A stretch of 56,918 nt of DNA from a virus. Taxonomy: Duplodnaviria; Caudoviricetes. Numbering within the stretch: position 1 is the stretch's first letter; each line of letters begins with the position of its first letter. The position numbers and the translations under genes are program-made. Shown here in pieces: positions 17,782 to 27,318 of this stretch. Location of the stretch: positions 1-56,918 of the IMG/VR virus record IMGVR_UViG_3300029823_000284; one strand, 5' to 3'. The notes under the pieces are model-generated. The model saw only the letters and a program-made list of their open reading frames with translations. It made no database searches and was not told the origin of the DNA.

Positions 17782-18991
17782 TCCCAGGAAGGATTTAAAG
17801 CCGGGGGATGCAGAGTATGAAAAACTAAAACGCTCCCTTGAGGAGTTTGGATATGTAGAGCCTATTATATGGAACAAAACCACGGGACATGTCGTCGGCG
17901 GTCATCAGCGTTTGAAAGTGCTGATTAGCATGGGAATTAGCGAAGTGGAATGTGTCATTGTCGAGATGAATGAGGAAAAAGAAAAGGCGCTTAACATAGC
18001 ACTTAATAAAATCAACGGTGATTGGGACAAAGATAAATTGGCGCTTCTTATTACAGATTTAAATGCTGCGGATTTTGATGTTTCACTTACCGGTTTTGAC
18101 CCCGGCGAAATAGATGACCTATTCAAGGATAATGTCAGGGATAAAATTAAAGAAGATGATTTCGATGTGGACAGCGAGCTGAAACAGCCCGCTGTTTCGC
18201 GTTTAGGGGATGTGTGGATACTTGGACGGCATCGGCTGGTCTGCGGAGACAGTACGAAGAAAGAAACATTTGATACTTTGATGGATGGTAAAACAGCAAA
18301 CCTTGTGGTCACTGACCCGCCGTACAATGTCAACTATGAAGGTTCAGCAGGAAAAATCAAAAACGACAATATGGGCAACGATGCTTTTTATCAGTTCCTG
18401 CTTGATGCTTTTAGGAATACAGAACATGTTCTGTCGCAGGACGGCAGTATATATGTGTTTCATGCTGATACCGAAGGCTTGAATTTCAGAAGGGCTTTTG
18501 CAGATGCTGGATTCTATCTTTCCGGCACCTGTATATGGAAAAAGCAATCTCTTGTTCTTGGCCGCTCACCATACCAGTGGCAGCACGAACCGGTACTGTT
18601 TGGGTGGAAAAAGAAAGGCAAGCACCTATGGTATTCTGACCGCAAGCAATCTACCATCTGGGAGTTTGATAAGCCGAAAAAGAATGCCGATCATCCGACC
18701 ATGAAGCCGGTTGCCCTACTTGCCTATCCGATTATGAATTCAAGCCTTACAAATAGCATTGTGCTTGACCCCTTTGGCGGCTCTGGTTCGACATTAATTG
18801 CCTGCGAACAATCCAATAGGATCTGCTTTACGATAGAGCTTGATGAAAAATACTGCGATGTCATTGTAAAGCGGTACATTGAGCAAGTCGTTTCATCAGA
18901 CGGTGTATTTCTTTTAAGAGATGGTGTCGAATATAGGTACCATGACATTGCGGAGGTAGCTCCCAAAGAAGCGCAAATTAACGTTGGATAG
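17732..18991 (+). CDS. ParB-like N-terminus + N4/N6 DNA methyltransferase
   Basis: YNPR..GGHQR ParB-like domain; TDPPYN, HPTMKP, LDPFGGSGST. Confidence 0.9.
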   Translation: MLIEKLKIEQLIPAEYNPRKDLKPGDAEYEKLKRSLEEFGYVEPIIWNKTTGHVVGGHQRLKVLISMGISEVECVIVEMNEEKEKALNIALNKINGDWDKDKLALLITDLNAADFDVSLTGFDPGEIDDLFKDNVRDKIKEDDFDVDSELKQPAVSRLGDVWILGRHRLVCGDSTKKETFDTLMDGKTANLVVTDPPYNVNYEGSAGKIKNDNMGNDAFYQFLLDAFRNTEHVLSQDGSIYVFHADTEGLNFRRAFADAGFYLSGTCIWKKQSLVLGRSPYQWQHEPVLFGWKKKGKHLWYSDRKQSTIWEFDKPKKNADHPTMKPVALLAYPIMNSSLTNSIVLDPFGGSGSTLIACEQSNRICFTIELDEKYCDVIVKRYIEQVVSSDGVFLLRDGVEYRYHDIAEVAPKEAQINVG

Positions 18992-19016
18992 CCTCTTTGA
19001 CGGGAGCGGTGATTTC
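18975..19016 (+). pseudogene. Remnant of C5 cytosine methyltransferase N-terminus
   Basis: Translates KLTLDSLFDGSGDF (motif I-like SLFDGSGG); no start codon and no remaining gene body. Confidence 0.6.
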
Positions 19017-19070
19017 TGCTCGATAGAGATGGTACAGAAAGAGCCGGAATACACATTTTTCAGAGAAACA

Positions 19071-19105
19071 GCTTGCTATTTAACAGCTTTAGAGTGATAT
19101 ATGTA
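19071..19105 (+). promoter_or_regulatory. Duplicated promoter-like element, copy 1
   Basis: 31/35 identical to 20077-20111 (GCTTGCTAT..CTTTAGAGTGATATATGTA). Confidence 0.7.
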
Positions 19106-19136
19106 AGCACCAAAGAAGCAAAGGAGGCTTACAAAA

Positions 19137-19799
19137 ATGGAAATCAGATTTAACGTAACTGGTCCAAGACGCAAGGAACTGGTAAATGCCGTGAGTGAAA
19201 TTGCCGACTGTCCTGCAATATATAAGGGCGCACCGACCTTTGCCTACGAGATCAGTGGTTTTACCGTCGACAAGGAGGGCACGCTCTCGTTTGACAACAT
19301 GATGGATAGTAAGCAAGTGGAAAGGATACTGGATGGGCTTGCAGAGCGGGGCTTCAAATGTGAAACCAACGACAGCCTTACCATTGAGATGCCGCTGGAG
19401 GGTTTTACAGACACAGCACTTGAGAATCTCGACAGGCTTGTCGCAAGTAAGGCGGCCCTTATTAAAAAAGCTATTGGAGCAGACGCACTCCCCATCGAGC
19501 GAACAGAAACAACGCTTAAATTTCCTTGGTTCAAGTTCGATACGAACGGCGAAACAGTTGCAGCCTACACACAGTTTATAGGTGCACTTTGCGCGGCAGC
19601 CAAGGAGCAGAAGCGTGTGACGGCCAAAGAAAAGCCTGTAGAGAACGAGAAGTTTGCCTTTCGCGTATTCCTCATCAGACTGGGCTTTGTGGGTGACGAG
19701 TACAAGGCTGCACGGAAAGTGCTTCTAAAGAACCTTTCAGGCAACAGTGCATTCAAGAACGGCATGCCGCCTAAAGCAGAGGTGACTGCCGATGAATAA
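19137..19799 (+). CDS. Phage 'virulence-related' protein sharing the amidoligase C-terminal domain
   Basis: ENEKFAFRVFLIRLGFVGDEY..RKVLLKNLSGNSAF; AAGGAGG RBS. Confidence 0.75.
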   Translation: MEIRFNVTGPRRKELVNAVSEIADCPAIYKGAPTFAYEISGFTVDKEGTLSFDNMMDSKQVERILDGLAERGFKCETNDSLTIEMPLEGFTDTALENLDRLVASKAALIKKAIGADALPIERTETTLKFPWFKFDTNGETVAAYTQFIGALCAAAKEQKRVTAKEKPVENEKFAFRVFLIRLGFVGDEYKAARKVLLKNLSGNSAFKNGMPPKAEVTADE

Positions 19800-20016
19800 G
19801 TTTCCCTCAATGGAGATTGTGGAGCGGCTCCGCAAGCAATACCCGTCTGGTACACGCGTGGAACTGGTATGTATGAATGATCCATACTCCAAGCTGAAAC
19901 CAGGTGATAGGGGCACCGTGGACTTCATCGATGATACCGGCACTATCTTTTGCTGTTGGGACTGCGGTTCAACTCTCGGTGTCGTATACGGTGAGGATGC
20001 TGTTAGAAAACTGTAA
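19792..20016 (+). CDS. DUF4314-like small protein
   Basis: LRKQYPSGTRVEL..MNDPY..GTVDFIDDTG..WD.GS.LGVVYGED. Confidence 0.8.
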   Translation: MNKFPSMEIVERLRKQYPSGTRVELVCMNDPYSKLKPGDRGTVDFIDDTGTIFCCWDCGSTLGVVYGEDAVRKL

Positions 20017-20076
20017 ATTACACAGTTTGCAGACATACACAACCCATATATTTGTGTGGATTTTTCCTCTGATAAT

Positions 20077-20111
20077 GCTTGCTATATAAGGCCTTTAGAG
20101 TGATATATGTA
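20077..20111 (+). promoter_or_regulatory. Duplicated promoter-like element, copy 2
   Basis: 31/35 identical to 19071-19105. Confidence 0.7.
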
Positions 20112-20157
20112 CATGCCGAAAGGCAAACGCACACCACTCAAAAGGAGGAAAACCACA

Positions 20158-21057
20158 ATGTTTACAAACAAATTCGGGATTGAAATTGAATTTACGGGCA
20201 TCACGCGCGGTGATGCGGCGAAGGCAGCGGCCGAGTACCTCGGAGGCACAGTCACCAACACGGGCGATTATTACGATACCAAAAAAGTCATCGCGCCGGA
20301 CGGCAGGGTCTGGAAGTTCATGAGCGATGGTAGCATTTCCTGCCAAATGAAACAAGGTCGGAAGAAGGTGGCAGCTACCCGCGAATATAGTGTGGAACTG
20401 GTCAGCCCCATCCTTACCTACCGCGAGGATATTGATACTTTGCAGGAACTGGTGCGCAAACTTCGGAAGGCCGGAGCATTTGCCAACCCATCCTGCGGGA
20501 TTCACATACATCTTGACGGCTCAAATCACACGCCTAGGAGCATCCGCAATTTTGTTAACATCATTGCCAGCAAGAACGACCTTTTCTACAAGGCGCTCCA
20601 AATTGCTCCTGAGCGGATGAGCTACTGCAAGAAGATGGATAGCCTGCTGGTTGACAAGATGAACCGCAAAAAACCCAAGACCATGAGACAGATTGAGGAA
20701 ATTTGGTACGCGGACTACAGCGAGAGCCGCGACAGGCATTACCACCACAGCCGCTACCACTTCCTAAATTTGCATAGCTTTTTCACGGGCAACCACACTG
20801 TGGAACTGCGGGGGTTCAATAGCGAACTCCACGCGGGCAAGATCCGAAGCTACATTGTTCTTGCCCTGGCACTTAACCATCAGGCCCTGACGCAGAAATG
20901 TGCCTCAGCAAAGAAACCGCAGACTGAGAATGAGAAGTTCGCCATGCGGACTTACCTTAACCGCATTGGCTTCATCGGCGAGGAGTTTGCAAACTGCCGC
21001 GAACACTTAACCGCTCATTTGGACGGCTCGGCAGCCTGGCGGTTTCGGGCGGCTTGA
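20158..21057 (+). CDS. Putative amidoligase (COOH-NH2 ligase, Amidoligase_2)
   Basis: FGIEIE, SDGSI, ELVSP, SCGIHIH, RYHFLN, TVELR. Confidence 0.88.
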   Translation: MFTNKFGIEIEFTGITRGDAAKAAAEYLGGTVTNTGDYYDTKKVIAPDGRVWKFMSDGSISCQMKQGRKKVAATREYSVELVSPILTYREDIDTLQELVRKLRKAGAFANPSCGIHIHLDGSNHTPRSIRNFVNIIASKNDLFYKALQIAPERMSYCKKMDSLLVDKMNRKKPKTMRQIEEIWYADYSESRDRHYHHSRYHFLNLHSFFTGNHTVELRGFNSELHAGKIRSYIVLALALNHQALTQKCASAKKPQTENEKFAMRTYLNRIGFIGEEFANCREHLTAHLDGSAAWRFRAA

Positions 21058-21098
21058 ATCTCCCGAAAAGACTAATTTGAGGAAAGAGGATATCGATT

Positions 21099-21557
21099 AT
21101 GGGTAAGAAACTCTATATCGCTTACGGTTCCAATCTGAACCTTTCGCAGATGGCGTCACGCTGCCCTACCGCAAAGGTGCTGGGCACCAGCGAAATGAAA
21201 GGCTGGCGGCTCCTTTTTAGAGGTGCACATGCTGGTGCTGTGGCGACCGTTGAGCCTTTCAAAGGCGGCAGCGTCCCTGTGCTTGTTTGGGAGATAACGC
21301 CCGCCGACGAAGCAGCACTCGATCGCTACGAGGGATGGCCGTTCCTTTATCGCAAGGAAAATGTGAAAGTGAAGCTAAACGGCAAATCCGTTACCGCAAT
21401 GGTCTACATCATGAACGATGGAAGACCGCTGGGTCAGCCGAGCTGCTATTATTACAGTACAATTTTGGAAGGCTATAAGAGCGCGGGCTTTGATGTGGAT
21501 ATCCTGCGCAAAGCAACAACTGACTCGGTGGATACGGAGGAAGCAGCCTGTGAATGA
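21099..21557 (+). CDS. Gamma-glutamylcyclotransferase (AIG2-like) protein
   Basis: YIAYGSNL..QM..RCP, LDRYEG. Confidence 0.88.
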   Translation: MGKKLYIAYGSNLNLSQMASRCPTAKVLGTSEMKGWRLLFRGAHAGAVATVEPFKGGSVPVLVWEITPADEAALDRYEGWPFLYRKENVKVKLNGKSVTAMVYIMNDGRPLGQPSCYYYSTILEGYKSAGFDVDILRKATTDSVDTEEAACE

Positions 21558-21729
21558 GAGAATTAAGGAGCAAATCCTTTCCATCCGGGAAAGCGGGGTC
21601 ACGAACATGTTTGATGTGAACCGAGTCCAGTATGAAGCCAATGAACGCGGCTTTTATGAATTGGTGGTATATTTGACAGAACATAAAGCTGAATATGCCC
21701 ACTTCATACTGACCGGCGAAGTGGAATGA
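21550..21729 (+). CDS. DUF5049-like small protein
   Basis: GTG start overlapping GGCT stop; IKEQILSIRESGVTNMFD..YAHFILTG. Confidence 0.75.
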   Translation: MNERIKEQILSIRESGVTNMFDVNRVQYEANERGFYELVVYLTEHKAEYAHFILTGEVE

Positions 21730-21766
21730 AACGTTGTAATTAAGCAATAAAAACAGGGCAAATGTA

Positions 21767-21796
21767 AAGAGCTTCTAAGTAGGCTCTTTTTCTTTT
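21767..21796 (+). terminator. Intrinsic terminator closing the amidoligase cassette
   Basis: AAAGAGCTT-ctaagt-AGGCTCTTT then T run. Confidence 0.6.
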
Positions 21797-21824
21797 GCCC
21801 ATTTTCATAAGAGAGGCGGTGCCT

Positions 21825-23429
21825 ATGCGAAAACTGAAAAAATATAAGCCGACCGCCTTTATAGCTGAGGGGTCATATTATGACAAGGATGCTGCCGATT
21901 ACGCCGTGTCTTTTATCGAAGCGCTCTCCCATACTAAAGGTTCATGGGCGGGAAAGCCTTTTGAACTCATCGACTGGCAGGAGCAAATCGTCCGTGATTT
22001 ATTCGGTATCTTAAAGCCGAATGGATACCGACAGTTTAACACGGCGTATGTAGAAATACCTAAAAAGATGGGAAAAAGTGAGCTTGCTGCGGCAATCGCA
22101 CTTCTCCTCACATGCGGTGACGGTGAGGAGCGGGCAGAGGTGTACGGTTGCGCCGCCGATCGTCAGCAGGCTTCTATCGTATTCGAAGTCGCTGCCGATA
22201 TGGTACGGATGTGCCCTGCACTTAACAAGCGCGTAAAGCTGCTGGCTTCCACTAAGCGGCTGGTATACCTGCCGACCAACAGCTTCTATCAGGTACTGTC
22301 GGCTGAAGCTTACTCTAAACACGGCTTTAATATACATGGTGTTGTATTCGATGAACTTCATACTCAGCCAAACCGGAAACTGTTTGATGTCATGACAAAA
22401 GGGTCTGGTGATGCGAGGATGCAACCGTTGTATTTTCTTATTACCACAGCGGGAACGGACACCCAGAGTATCTGCTACGAAACGCACCAAAAAGCTCTGG
22501 ACATCATTGAGGGAAGAAAGTATGATTCCACCTTCTATCCTGTGATATACGGCGCGAAGGAAGAGGATGACTGGACTGACCCTAAGGTGTGGAAGAAAGC
22601 AAATCCCAGCTTAGGCATCACAGTCGGCATCGACAAGGTGAAAGCTGCCTGCGAAAGTGCTAAGCAGAACCCCGCCGAGGAGAATAGCTTCCGGCAATTG
22701 CGTCTGAACCAGTGGGTTAAACAAGCTGTCCGTTGGATGCCGATGGCAAAGTGGGATTCATGTTCATTTCCTGTTGATCCGGCGAGTCTTGAAGGCCGGG
22801 TATGCTACGGAGGACTTGACTTATCCTCTACTACCGATATTACGGCTTTTGTGCTGGTGTTCCCACCGGAGGATGAAACAGATAAATACATCATCCTCCC
22901 GTATTTCTGGATGCCTGAGGAAAATATCGATCTGCGAGTCAGACGAGACCATGTGCAATATGACCTTTGGGAGAAGCAGGGACATCTTAAGACCACAGAG
23001 GGTAACGTGGTACATTACGGTTACATTGAGCGGTTCATTGAAGAGCTAGGCGAAAAGTACAACATCCGCGAAATAGCTTTTGACCGCTGGGGTGCTGTTC
23101 AGATGGTGCAGAACCTTGAGGGCCTGGGCTTTACGGTGGTTCCCTTCGGTCAGGGCTTTAAAGATATGTCGCCGCCCACCAAAGAACTGATGAAGTTGAC
23201 GCTGGAGGAGAAAATAGCTCATGGCGGCCATCCCGTTCTTCGATGGATGATGGATAACATCTATATTAAGACCGACCCGGCAGGTAACATAAAGCCGGAC
23301 AAGGAAAAAAGCACAGAAAAAATAGATGGCGCGGTGGCGACCATTATGGCGCTCGACCGTGCCATCCGCTGCGGCTCCGGCAATGGCGGCAATTCAGTGT
23401 ACAACGAGAGGGGGTTAATAATCCTTTAA
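21825..23429 (+). CDS. Terminase large subunit
   Basis: PKKMGKS, VFDELH, ITTAG, GLDLSST, KIDGAVA. Confidence 0.95.
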   Translation: MRKLKKYKPTAFIAEGSYYDKDAADYAVSFIEALSHTKGSWAGKPFELIDWQEQIVRDLFGILKPNGYRQFNTAYVEIPKKMGKSELAAAIALLLTCGDGEERAEVYGCAADRQQASIVFEVAADMVRMCPALNKRVKLLASTKRLVYLPTNSFYQVLSAEAYSKHGFNIHGVVFDELHTQPNRKLFDVMTKGSGDARMQPLYFLITTAGTDTQSICYETHQKALDIIEGRKYDSTFYPVIYGAKEEDDWTDPKVWKKANPSLGITVGIDKVKAACESAKQNPAEENSFRQLRLNQWVKQAVRWMPMAKWDSCSFPVDPASLEGRVCYGGLDLSSTTDITAFVLVFPPEDETDKYIILPYFWMPEENIDLRVRRDHVQYDLWEKQGHLKTTEGNVVHYGYIERFIEELGEKYNIREIAFDRWGAVQMVQNLEGLGFTVVPFGQGFKDMSPPTKELMKLTLEEKIAHGGHPVLRWMMDNIYIKTDPAGNIKPDKEKSTEKIDGAVATIMALDRAIRCGSGNGGNSVYNERGLIIL

Positions 23430-23830
23430 ACCTCGGCGATTGTTCTTACGACCTTCATAGTGGCTGTACCCGATTTTGTATAGCAAGATGCCGATGTAAA
23501 GTATTTTCCCTTGGATGCTTTGGGAAGATCTTTCTGGACTGTGACTTCGTAACCGAATGGGGCGAGTATTGTTTTGATCATTCTTCCCACTACGGTCCGG
23601 GTAAAGCCATCTGTTAAATCCAATGTCGGGTTTTGCTGACTATCGAAAAAGGCTTCGATTTCGTCTACGCAAGCTGACAAGGCTGGTTTTCCAGCTTCTG
23701 ATGCGTCAATCATGCTGATGATGTTTTCGTCTTTCGATAACATGTCGAAAATGGTGATAGCATCAGGATTTCCATTATACTTTGAGCAATTAGGGTTTTC
23801 AGCTAGGAAATCATTGAATGTTGCTTTCAT
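23426..23830 (-). CDS. Hypothetical moron protein (antisense to packaging operon)
   Basis: 134 aa ORF with AGGAGT RBS and its own promoter. Confidence 0.8.
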   Translation of the reverse strand: MKATFNDFLAENPNCSKYNGNPDAITIFDMLSKDENIISMIDASEAGKPALSACVDEIEAFFDSQQNPTLDLTDGFTRTVVGRMIKTILAPFGYEVTVQKDLPKASKGKYFTSASCYTKSGTATMKVVRTIAEV

Positions 23831-23870
23831 AATAAAACACTCCTTTTTACGCGCGTTAATTCACATACCT

Positions 23871-23899
23871 ATTTTAACGCCTGTGGAAACGATTGTCAA
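23871..23899 (-). promoter_or_regulatory. Sigma-A promoter of moron
   Basis: Minus strand TTGACA (23899-23894), 17 bp, TAAAAT (23876-23871). Confidence 0.8.
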
Positions 23900-23922
23900 T
23901 TGTTTTATCAGAGGTGATGCCT

Positions 23923-25170
23923 ATGAAACTATTAAAAGGACTGTTTCGTTCAAGAGATAAGCCGCAAAACCGTGTGGGCAGTGCATTTTCGTTTCTGTTT
24001 GGTGGTACTACATCGGGCAAAACGGTCAATGAGCGGACTGCCATGCAGGTTACGGCAGTGTATGCCTGCGTGAGGATACTGGCTGAGGCCATAGCTGGAC
24101 TGCCACTACACATTTACCGCTATCGCTTGGATGGCGGCAAAGAGCGCGTAAGTCAACACCCGCTATATTACCTGCTCCATAACGAACCAAACCCGGAGAT
24201 GACTTCATTCGTGTTTCGTGAAACACTGATGAGTCATCTTTTGCTTTGGGGCAATGCTTACGCGCAAGTGGTTCGAAATGGGCGTGGTCAGGCAGTTGCG
24301 CTTTATCCTCTTCTCCCGAATAAAATGGAAGTCAGCCGATCTCAGAATGGTGAACTGATATACACCTATTACCGTGATGCTGAAGAAAGCGGTCTAAAGC
24401 CGAAAGGCGGCTATGTCATACTCCGTAAGGATGAGGTACTCCACATTCCCGGCCTGGGTTTCGATGGTCTTATCGGGTACAGCCCTATTGCGATGGCGAA
24501 AAACGCTATCGGCATGTCGTTGGCAACCGAGGAATATGGTGCATCCTTTTTCGCCAACGGTGCCAATCCCGGCGGCGTACTGGAGCATCCCGGTGTGATT
24601 AAGGACATTCAGCGGGTCAAGGAAAGTTGGAACAGTGCCTACCAAGGCAGTGGCAATGCACATCGGGTGGCGGTTCTAGAGGAAGGAATGAAGTTTCAGG
24701 CTATTGGCATCCCTCCGGAGCAAGCGCAATTTCTGGAGACGAGGAAATTCCAAATCAATGAAATCGCCCGTATTTTTAGGATACCGCCCCATATGGTTGG
24801 TGACCTTGAAAAGTCCAGTTTCTCCAACATCGAGCAGCAGAGCCTTGAGTTTGTAAAGTACACACTTAACCCGTGGGTAGTGCGCTGGGAGCAGTCGCTT
24901 CAGCAATCGCTCATCCTGCCCTCCGAAAAGCCGTCGCTGTTCATCAAGTTCAACCTGGATGGCCTGCTTCGCGGTGATTACCAAAGCCGGATGAACGGTT
25001 ACGCTGTGGGGAGGCAGAATGGCTGGCTGTCGGCAAATGACATTCGGGAACTGGAGGACATGAACCGCATCCCTGCTGAGGATGGCGGCGATTTATATCT
25101 AGTCAACGGCAATATGCTCCCGCTTTCACAAGCGGGAAATTTTTATGCCAAGGAGGACAATGGACAATGA
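23923..25170 (+). CDS. HK97-family portal protein
   Basis: AVYACVRILAE, LLLWGNAY, IARIFRIPP, FSNIEQQ. Confidence 0.95.
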   Translation: MKLLKGLFRSRDKPQNRVGSAFSFLFGGTTSGKTVNERTAMQVTAVYACVRILAEAIAGLPLHIYRYRLDGGKERVSQHPLYYLLHNEPNPEMTSFVFRETLMSHLLLWGNAYAQVVRNGRGQAVALYPLLPNKMEVSRSQNGELIYTYYRDAEESGLKPKGGYVILRKDEVLHIPGLGFDGLIGYSPIAMAKNAIGMSLATEEYGASFFANGANPGGVLEHPGVIKDIQRVKESWNSAYQGSGNAHRVAVLEEGMKFQAIGIPPEQAQFLETRKFQINEIARIFRIPPHMVGDLEKSSFSNIEQQSLEFVKYTLNPWVVRWEQSLQQSLILPSEKPSLFIKFNLDGLLRGDYQSRMNGYAVGRQNGWLSANDIRELEDMNRIPAEDGGDLYLVNGNMLPLSQAGNFYAKEDNGQ

Positions 25171-25856
25171 GGAAATTCTGGAATTGGGTAAGGGATTCCG
25201 ATGAGGAACGTACCCTCTATCTTAACGGAGTAATCTCCGAAGAAACCTGGTGGGGCGACGAGGTCACACCAAAGCTGTTCAAAGATGAACTAATGGCCGG
25301 AACAGGTAATGTTACAGTGTGGATCAACTCGCCTGGTGGCGACGTGTTTGCTGCAGCACAGATTTACAACATGCTCATGGAATATAGCGGAAAAGTCACT
25401 GTAAAAATCGATGGGCTTGCGGCAAGTGCTGCTTCAGTCATCGCGATGGCAGGCGGCGATGTGTATATGTCGCCTGTATCCATGATCATGATCCATAACC
25501 CCTCGACCATTGCCATCGGTGACAGCGAAGAAATGCTGCGTGCCAAAGCGTTGCTGGATGAGGTTAAGGAAAGCATCATCAATGCTTATGAGTTGAAGTC
25601 AGGGCTTTCCCGCACCAAACTCTCTCATCTAATGGATGCGGAGACATGGATGAATGCAAACAAAGCCATTGAGCTTGGTTTTGCCGACAAGATCATGTTT
25701 ATGGAGAGTGAGCCACCAGATTTGGCGGATAGTCTCATCTTCAGCCGGATGGCGGTCACCAACTCGCTTATACGCAAACTACCGAAGCACCAACAACAGA
25801 AAACAGGTACCCCGATAGAGTCGCTGTATAAGCGGCTTTCTTTAATTTCTCACTAA
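25167..25856 (+). CDS. ClpP-like prohead protease
   Basis: INSPGGDVF, GLAASAAS, MIHNP. Confidence 0.93.
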   Translation: MRKFWNWVRDSDEERTLYLNGVISEETWWGDEVTPKLFKDELMAGTGNVTVWINSPGGDVFAAAQIYNMLMEYSGKVTVKIDGLAASAASVIAMAGGDVYMSPVSMIMIHNPSTIAIGDSEEMLRAKALLDEVKESIINAYELKSGLSRTKLSHLMDAETWMNANKAIELGFADKIMFMESEPPDLADSLIFSRMAVTNSLIRKLPKHQQQKTGTPIESLYKRLSLISH

Positions 25857-25875
25857 TTTGAAGGAGGAAATCACA

Positions 25876-27066
25876 ATGAGCAAAATTCTGGAACTGCGCG
25901 AGAAGCGCGCTAGAGCATGGGACGCGGCCAAGGCGTTCCTTGATACTAAACGCGGCGGAGATGGTCTTTTGTCTGCTGAGGATTCCGCTACCTATGAAAA
26001 AATGGAAGCTGATGTGGTAGCGCTCGGAAAAGAAATCGAGCGTCTGGAGCGTCAAGCGGCCATCGATCTTGAATTGGAGAAAGCAACCAGTAACCCTATT
26101 ACTAACTCACCTACAAGCACCGGTGATGAAAAAACTGGCCGTGCGAGCGCTGAATATAAAAAGGCGTTCTGGAACGCTATGCGTGACAATGTCAGTTATG
26201 AGGTCAGGAATGCCCTGAAGATTGGCACCGATTCTGAAGGCGGCTATCTCGTGCCGGACGAATTCGAGCGCACTCTTGTGGAAGCGTTGGAGGAAGAAAA
26301 TATCTTCCGCAAGCTGGCCAATGTTATCACTACTTCTTCCGGCGACCGCAAAATTCCTGTAGTGGCAAGCAAAGGCACCGCAAGCTGGGTTGATGAGGAG
26401 GGCGTTATCCCTGAAAGCGATGACAGTTTCGGACAGGTTTCCATTGGTGCCTACAAGCTGGCGACGATGATTAAGGTCTCCGAGGAACTTATAAACGATT
26501 CCGTGTTTAATCTCGAAAGCTACATCACAAGGGAATTTGCACGTCGTATCGGCAACAAGGAGGAGGAAGCCTTCTTTGTAGGTGATGGCACAGGTAAACC
26601 AACAGGAATTCTGAATGCTACAGGCGGCCAAGTTGGTATTACTACAGCAAGTGCCACTGCCATCACACTGGATGAAGTATTAGATTTGTTCTACAGTTTG
26701 AAAGCACCTTACCGTAATAAGGCAGTATTCGTAATGAACGATGCCACTATTAAGGCCATCCGCAAATTGAAAGACGGCAACGGGCAATACCTCTGGCAGC
26801 CTTCCATCCAGGCGGGAACACCTGATACCATCCTAAACCGTCCTCTGTACACCTCTGCATATGTACCCACCATTGAAGCAGGGGCAAAGACAGTAGTATT
26901 CGGCGACTTTAGCTATTACTGGGTGGCTGACCGTCAGGGAAGAGTATTCAAGCGTTTAAATGAACTATTCGCCGCTACGGGACAGGTAGGCTTCATTGCT
27001 ACCCAGCGCGTTGACGGCAAGCTTATCTTGCCAGAGGCCGTTAAGGTACTTCAGCAGAAAGCTTAA
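25876..27066 (+). CDS. HK97-fold major capsid protein
   Basis: GGYLVPDEF, GDGTGKPTGI, FGDFS, QVGFIATQRVDG. Confidence 0.95.
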   Translation: MSKILELREKRARAWDAAKAFLDTKRGGDGLLSAEDSATYEKMEADVVALGKEIERLERQAAIDLELEKATSNPITNSPTSTGDEKTGRASAEYKKAFWNAMRDNVSYEVRNALKIGTDSEGGYLVPDEFERTLVEALEEENIFRKLANVITTSSGDRKIPVVASKGTASWVDEEGVIPESDDSFGQVSIGAYKLATMIKVSEELINDSVFNLESYITREFARRIGNKEEEAFFVGDGTGKPTGILNATGGQVGITTASATAITLDEVLDLFYSLKAPYRNKAVFVMNDATIKAIRKLKDGNGQYLWQPSIQAGTPDTILNRPLYTSAYVPTIEAGAKTVVFGDFSYYWVADRQGRVFKRLNELFAATGQVGFIATQRVDGKLILPEAVKVLQQKA

Positions 27067-27078
27067 CGGAGGTGCGAT

Positions 27079-27303
27079 ATGAGTTATAACACGAAGAACT
27101 ACATGGAACAAGGCGGCGAGAAATGGGTAATTGGAGGAGAGCTGGAAATTCTGCCGGGAGCCTCTGTAACGGGGCTCCCCGTTGCCGAGAACCAACAGGA
27201 TAGCATTGCCACGGATGTGGCCACTCTCCAAGCTGACTTCAATGCACTGCTCTCTAAACTAAAAGCGGCGGGGCTGATGGAAGCCGATGAAGGTGGAATA
27301 TAA
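27079..27303 (+). CDS. Head fiber / decoration protein
   Basis: DFNALLSKLKAAGLM motif directly after capsid. Confidence 0.7.
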   Translation: MSYNTKNYMEQGGEKWVIGGELEILPGASVTGLPVAENQQDSIATDVATLQADFNALLSKLKAAGLMEADEGGI

Positions 27304-27318
27304 AAGGAGGTCGGCAGT

